Shown piece after piece: positions 50,681 through 55,410 of a DNA stretch of 55,410 nt. The notes below the pieces were generated by a model. That model ran no database searches and was not told where the DNA came from. It saw only the letters and a program-made list of their open reading frames with translations. The translations under genes and the position numbers were made by a program. The stretch covers positions 1 to 55,410 of the forward strand of contig JAZNOU010000008.1 in the NCBI GenBank assembly GCA_045589295.1. The letters are read 5' to 3'. Numbering within the stretch: the first letter of the stretch is position 1; each line of letters starts with the position of its first letter. The DNA is from Clostridia bacterium (GTDB lineage Bacteria > Bacillota > Clostridia > RGIG6154).

Positions 50681-50749
50681 TTTTAAGCTCCTTTTACATA
50701 TCCGTATGTCACTTATACTTTACCTTTTATTTAAACTTTACATTTGAAG

Positions 50750-51025
50750 TTACAAAATCCATCCATTTTTTATAAAGTAATACAACACCACAATCCCCGC
50801 AACAACTGACACTGGAACAAGTATACGAAATTTCATTTTTGAAGTTTTGTGATTAAACAAAACCATTCCAAAAATCGCACCCCAACCACCAAGCAAAAAA
50901 GCGCATAATATCAACGTTGTCTCTTTTATACGCCTTCTGCTTTTTTTAGCCTTGAGCTTGTCTATGCCGTAAAGCAACATAACAATAATATTCCAGACCA
51001 AAAGCACATTTATAAAGTTACTCAC
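50750..51025 (-). CDS. DUF1294 family membrane protein
   Basis: YGIDK.KA....RI.E..L, HKTSKMKF. Confidence 0.85.
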   Translation of the reverse strand: MSNFINVLLVWNIIVMLLYGIDKLKAKKSRRRIKETTLILCAFLLGGWGAIFGMVLFNHKTSKMKFRILVPVSVVAGIVVLYYFIKNGWIL

Positions 51026-51044
51026 AACTATTTCTCCCCAAATC

Positions 51045-51905
51045 TTACATTAAAAAAGCTGATACTTTTTCAGTATTGTCTTCGCTGTATTCAATTTCAG
51101 AAGAGTACATTCTTACAACATCAAGCATTTGTTCGAAGTTTTTGCAATCTGAACAAATTGCACCTAAAACCCAACAACTCAAAAGAGCAAAACCTATGCC
51201 TCTTTCAAAATGGCGGAAAACAAAGTAGCACGCAAGTTGCTCAAAGAAAATCTGCAAATCCTGTCTTTCAAACACACTTACGCCTTCTGCCCCTTTTAGC
51301 TTTTCAAGCTGGTCTTCCCAAGCCTCATCAAGCCTTTCTAAAGACATATAAAAATCATAGAGTTCTTCATTTGAAAATTCAAATCTGAAATGGTATTTTT
51401 TTGCAAGTGCTTCAAACCTTTTCAACACGGTAGTATCTCTATTCTGCAAAATATCAAAAACATCTGCACGTTCCTTAAAAAATTCAACATTTTCTGCTTC
51501 AGACGGCAAAGGAATGTTAAACTTTTCTTGTTCAGTAAGTATAATTCTTGCCGCCTCTTCGCAACAAAGCCCCAAACCTGTTTCTGCAAAATCTTCGTAA
51601 AAATTACTAAATCTCGGATGCAGGTAACATATATCAGAAATCGCACCATCACCATACTTTAGTATAATATCACAAAGACCGCTTTTGTTGAGAAATGGGC
51701 AACGCTCCCCCTCTTTTAAAACAAAATGTGGAACTTCGCCTTTGATACTTGCCCTTATTTTTTCAGCAAATTCGCCATCTAACGAATTATATAAGTCCAT
51801 TGTATCTTCATCAATATCAATTTCCCAACCAATGCAACAACTATGTTTGCACTTGTCGGCAATACATTTAAATTTTTTATAGTAATTTGGAAATACTTCT
51901 TTCAT
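51045..51905 (-). CDS. FliB-family (flagellin lysine-N-methylase-like) protein
   Basis: FKCIADKCKHSCC.GWEI, CPFL...GLC, C..HPR, LCCEEAA; AGGAG RBS before ATG 51905. Confidence 0.8.
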   Translation of the reverse strand: MKEVFPNYYKKFKCIADKCKHSCCIGWEIDIDEDTMDLYNSLDGEFAEKIRASIKGEVPHFVLKEGERCPFLNKSGLCDIILKYGDGAISDICYLHPRFSNFYEDFAETGLGLCCEEAARIILTEQEKFNIPLPSEAENVEFFKERADVFDILQNRDTTVLKRFEALAKKYHFRFEFSNEELYDFYMSLERLDEAWEDQLEKLKGAEGVSVFERQDLQIFFEQLACYFVFRHFERGIGFALLSCWVLGAICSDCKNFEQMLDVVRMYSSEIEYSEDNTEKVSAFLM

Positions 51906-51919
51906 ATTCCACTCCTGTA

Positions 51920-52015
51920 GACCTACCATTTTCACCCGAACATTCTTCATTAGAACCCGCAGGAATATTAGATTTTCCTGCCCGATATGTAAATATTATT
52001 TATCGGCAAACTAAT
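51920..52015 (-). repeat. Dispersed structured repeat, copy 1
   Basis: gacctac...ttcattagaacccgcaggaatat...ttttcctgcccgatatgtaaatat...atcggcaaactaat, near-identical core at 53754-53858. Confidence 0.75.
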
Positions 52016-52096
52016 GTTTTTAAATTTTAGGACTTGACACAAGTGCAACAAAACTCCCCTTTTGTATTTTTCTGAACCGCTTAATGTCTAACTCGA

Positions 52097-53659
52097 TTAA
52101 TTACATTCGTACAACCTTACCATTGTCGCTATTGCTTGTTCAACTGTATAGTTTCCTTTTGGAGAAAATTCTGTTTCTGATACACCATTCATAATTCCCA
52201 TAGTTCCCATAGATGCAACCGCAGACTTTGCCCAATCAGAAATCTCTTTTTCATCTGAATATAATATTTTTGCGGCAGTTGGCATTGTTTTGTTCCCTAA
52301 AAATTCTGCAGTCCTACAAAGTATTGCCGCCGCTTGTTCACGGGTAATTGATGCTTCAGGTGCAAATGTTCCATTCCCCATTCCATTTATAATACCTGCA
52401 GCAGATAGAAATTTAGTTTTATCATCAGTGCAATCAGAAAAAGATACAGAATGAAATTTATTTATCAACTGTCTTTCAGAAATTACACTATCTATCGCAA
52501 ACCATTCTCCCTGTCTTGAATCACTCTTTGGATAAAACTCTGTTGCAATAAGTCTATATGCAAGGTCGCAAAACTCTTTTCTTGTGATATTTTTCCTATA
52601 CTTATCTGTCAATTCGTAAGGTAGCAAATTACAGGTTGCTGCTTTTTCGATTTCTGCTTTTGCCCAATCACTTGCCATATCTGTATTCAACAAATTGCTT
52701 GTAGGTATAATCTCTGCATCTTCAAGCTTTGCATCCCGTAGTTTATTCTCAAATGTTTCTGAGCGTTCGTTTAAATATTTTTGAGTCAATTTGGTGTTTG
52801 CGGTATACAAAGCATTTCGACCATTACCAATATAAGGTAAATACCATATATAATTTTTCTTAGTTTCCCCATGAGATTCGCAAGTCTCTCCATACGCACC
52901 TGCTATAACACCACTATTGGGGTATATAATAAAAGTTTTCGTTTTATCTTTTGTCCATAATTTTATATAATACTCACGATGAATATCAATATCATATGGT
53001 CCAACCACCCTATCATATGGTGCAAAATCCCAATATGCATTAAGCCATTCTTTTAAATCTTCCATCTCAATATCTGCACATTGGCCATCATTTCTGACAA
53101 TTACACCGCTTGCAATATCTTCAATATCATTTAACCCCAACACATTATGGAATGGCTGCATGACAGGCATAAAACCTGTACTGTCAAAATCAATGGAAAT
53201 GGTATGTGTATTTACATCCCAATTGTAATTACCATATTTAGCAAGCTCATCACTTTGCACAAGCACAGTACCATTTTCAAGTTCAAATACATTTGTCGGA
53301 ATATCCGAATCTAAGTAAACCTTTGCATCTGTTGTATAAACTTTTGTATAATCTTTGTAATGCTCTGAGGTGTATGCAAATTCAGGAACAAAATTTTTTG
53401 AGCCGTTTCGTCTTATTACATATTCCTTATAATTCTTATCATTGTTATATATAACATCAAACCCATAGGCTTCAAGATTTTCAACAGGGATATATACGTA
53501 TTCATTTGGAAGTTGTGCTGCTGTAATAGAATTTCCATTTATAAAAAGCATATTATCCTTAACCATAGTTTCGCCAATATACTGACGTTCTGCTAAAGTT
53601 TTTGTTGAAATAGAGAATATCATAACAAAGGACATAACAAGTACTATCAATTTTTTCAC
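52097..53659 (-). CDS. Secreted S-layer homology (SLH) domain protein
   Basis: Signal peptide; C-terminal SLH motifs ITRKEF, GIINGMGNGTFAPEASITREQAA, FSPKGNYTVEQA. Confidence 0.85.
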   Translation of the reverse strand: MKKLIVLVMSFVMIFSISTKTLAERQYIGETMVKDNMLFINGNSITAAQLPNEYVYIPVENLEAYGFDVIYNNDKNYKEYVIRRNGSKNFVPEFAYTSEHYKDYTKVYTTDAKVYLDSDIPTNVFELENGTVLVQSDELAKYGNYNWDVNTHTISIDFDSTGFMPVMQPFHNVLGLNDIEDIASGVIVRNDGQCADIEMEDLKEWLNAYWDFAPYDRVVGPYDIDIHREYYIKLWTKDKTKTFIIYPNSGVIAGAYGETCESHGETKKNYIWYLPYIGNGRNALYTANTKLTQKYLNERSETFENKLRDAKLEDAEIIPTSNLLNTDMASDWAKAEIEKAATCNLLPYELTDKYRKNITRKEFCDLAYRLIATEFYPKSDSRQGEWFAIDSVISERQLINKFHSVSFSDCTDDKTKFLSAAGIINGMGNGTFAPEASITREQAAAILCRTAEFLGNKTMPTAAKILYSDEKEISDWAKSAVASMGTMGIMNGVSETEFSPKGNYTVEQAIATMVRLYECN

Positions 53660-53753
53660 TTTTCTTTTTCCTCCATTTAAAATATTTTTTACTGTAGTTT
53701 TTCCCCACTTTTCGACAAAGTTCGTGTCAAGAGTGGTGAACAGCGAATATTAG

Positions 53754-53858
53754 GACCTACTATTTTTCACTGTTTTTTCTGTATCACTTTTCATCAGAAC
53801 CCGCAGGAATATAAAATTTTCCCGCCCGATATGTAAATATCAAAATCGGCAAACTAAT
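53754..53858 (-). repeat. Dispersed structured repeat, copy 2
   Basis: Direct repeat of 51920-52015 core. Confidence 0.75.
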
Positions 53859-53943
53859 CTTTAAATTGATACATTTCAAACCAACACAAAACCATTCCCT
53901 ATGTTGAACAATCAGGTTCTTCATTTGGTTCGCTCATACCCAT

Positions 53944-54501
53944 TTATCGAACAATTTCTTTAAGTATCGAAGCTATTGTATACTCATTGACATCTGTTAT
54001 TACATCATACAACTTATGTATTTCTTCCGTTACTGCACCTTGTTTTACCAAGTCATTGATTAAAGCAATCAATGTATCATAAAAGCCATCATGGTTTATA
54101 ACAACAATCGGCACATCAATTCTCTTTAAGTATTTCAAAGTCAGCACCTGAAAGAACTCATCCATAGTTCCTATTCCGCCGGGAGCGATGAAAAACACAT
54201 CTGCATGCTTTTCCATAAGTGTTTTTCGCTCTGCCATTGTATCAACCATGACCTTATTATCGCAATCGAATATATCCTCAAATTCGCTGATAAAGTCAGG
54301 CGATATTCCCATTACAAATCCACCGTTTTCTTTAACACCTCTTGCAACTGCTCCCATGCAGCCTGTTGCTCCTGCGCCGTAAACAAGTGAGAATCCGTTT
54401 GATGCGATTATTTTTCCCAATTCCTCTATTTTTTCTTTATGCTGGCTTGCAATTCTTTCATTCGCTCCGCCATACACACATGCAAAATATCTTTTTGACA
54501 T
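53944..54501 (-). CDS. LOG family (TIGR00730) nucleotide phosphoribohydrolase
   Basis: LVYGAG..GCMG, MAERK, PGGIGTMDE. Confidence 0.9.
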   Translation of the reverse strand: MSKRYFACVYGGANERIASQHKEKIEELGKIIASNGFSLVYGAGATGCMGAVARGVKENGGFVMGISPDFISEFEDIFDCDNKVMVDTMAERKTLMEKHADVFFIAPGGIGTMDEFFQVLTLKYLKRIDVPIVVINHDGFYDTLIALINDLVKQGAVTEEIHKLYDVITDVNEYTIASILKEIVR

Positions 54502-54525
54502 ATCTTTAACTTCCTTACCTATGTC

Positions 54526-55410
54526 TTATTTTGATTTCCTTGCGTATTTATCACACAAGTCATTTATCTGATCTGTAAATTTAGCAAGCTCCTTATTTGT
54601 CAGATTACGGCTTAACTCTGCAACAGTTTTAAGTCTCTGGCACGCTGCCATAAGTCTGTCAAATACAAGATTTGCTCTTCGTCTTCCTTCTGATACCTTA
54701 GTAAGTTTAACTATTCTTCCTCTTGCTGTGCATTCGCCTGTTGCAAGATCGTATTCATCACCGCTGTATGGTGCTGTTGCAGAGAACTTAAGCTTGTTAT
54801 ATATTGTCTGCGAAAAAGCATCGCACACCAAATCATCACCGTGATTTACAAACACTTTCTTTGGCGGTTTTTCCATACTGCCAAGCCATCCGAGAAGCAT
54901 ATCTTTATCAGCGTGACCGCTGATACCTACAATTGATTCTATCCTTGCATTAACCTGAATGCTTTCACCGAACAATGAAACATTCTTAGCTCCGTTTATA
55001 AGCTTTCTGCCGAAGGTTCCTTCCGCCTGATATCCAACAAAAAGTATTGTACTGTTTTCTCTCCATAGGTTATGCTTTAAGTGATGTCTGATACGGCCCG
55101 CTTCGCACATACCTGATGCAGATATGATTACCTTTGGTATTAAATCGAAGTTTATAGCTTTTGATTCTTCAGAGGTAACGCTCAATCTTAATCCGGGGAA
55201 TGAAATAGGATTGATGCCCTGTTTTACAAGAGCAAGTGTTTCTTCGTCGTAATATCCCATCAGATTATCCTGATATATCTTTGTGGCTTCAACTGCAAGA
55301 GGTGAATCCACATAAACTATAAAATTTTCATGACCTTTTACAAGCCCTTGTTCCTTAATTGTCCTGAACAGATATAAAAGCTCCTGTGTTCTTCCAATTG
55401 CAAAGGATGG
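54526..55410 (-). CDS. MBL/beta-CASP ribonuclease, 3' part (5' end beyond window)
   Basis: Frame open to window edge: PSFAIGRTQELL, SASGMCEAGRIRHHL, VGYQAEGT, SGHAD, VNHGD. Confidence 0.9.
   Translation of the reverse strand, partial: PSFAIGRTQELLYLFRTIKEQGLVKGHENFIVYVDSPLAVEATKIYQDNLMGYYDEETLALVKQGINPISFPGLRLSVTSEESKAINFDLIPKVIISASGMCEAGRIRHHLKHNLWRENSTILFVGYQAEGTFGRKLINGAKNVSLFGESIQVNARIESIVGISGHADKDMLLGWLGSMEKPPKKVFVNHGDDLVCDAFSQTIYNKLKFSATAPYSGDEYDLATGECTARGRIVKLTKVSEGRRRANLVFDRLMAACQRLKTVAELSRNLTNKELAKFTDQINDLCDKYARKSK

Noticed and set aside
52004-52060. c-di-GMP-I riboswitch suggested by GGCAAAC
   Set aside because: The following GNRA stem and GCAAAG/receptor elements are absent, and the orientation is antisense to the neighbouring genes.
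26781-54390. Many short antisense or alternate-frame ORFs overlapping core genes
   Set aside because: Shadow ORFs of well-supported genes, without RBS or motifs.

Overview
Low-GC Firmicute (Clostridia-like, spore-forming: spoIIR present) chromosome. Bases 1 to ~25,780 are the right part of an integrated mobile element, ending in a TnpW-like gene and a large serine recombinase just downstream of a Gly-Arg-His tRNA operon. The rest (25.8-55.4 kb) is mostly ordinary core genome (tig-clpP-clpX, thrC, rnj, thrS, spoIIR, ispE, recR, nadE etc.). The element's cargo holds the interesting biology. (1) A tightly coupled lipopeptide NRPS operon (acyl-AMP/CoA ligase, ACP, C domain, PPTase, terminal reductase) whose adenylation domain is split. 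Three tandem N-terminal 'specificity cartridges' (motifs A1-A5, 975-bp period, different binding pockets) sit on one protein, and a single C-terminal half (A6-A10)-PCP-R is on a separate gene, with a membrane-protein gene exactly at the break. (2) The operon is preceded by a tyrosine recombinase and a ~230-bp segment bounded by inverted dif-like sites, carrying a near-consensus sigma-A promoter that currently points away from the operon (an invertible ON/OFF switch). (3) A second tyrosine recombinase abuts a 2.6-kb segment bounded by perfect 43-bp inverted repeats. The segment contains two convergent genes (PLP aminotransferase-like and pentapeptide-repeat protein), so inversion would swap which gene follows a fixed promoter. 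(4) A run of putative defence-type genes (two HExxH peptidases, HEPN, PD-(D/E)xK). All calls come from reading motifs by eye; no database searches were run.
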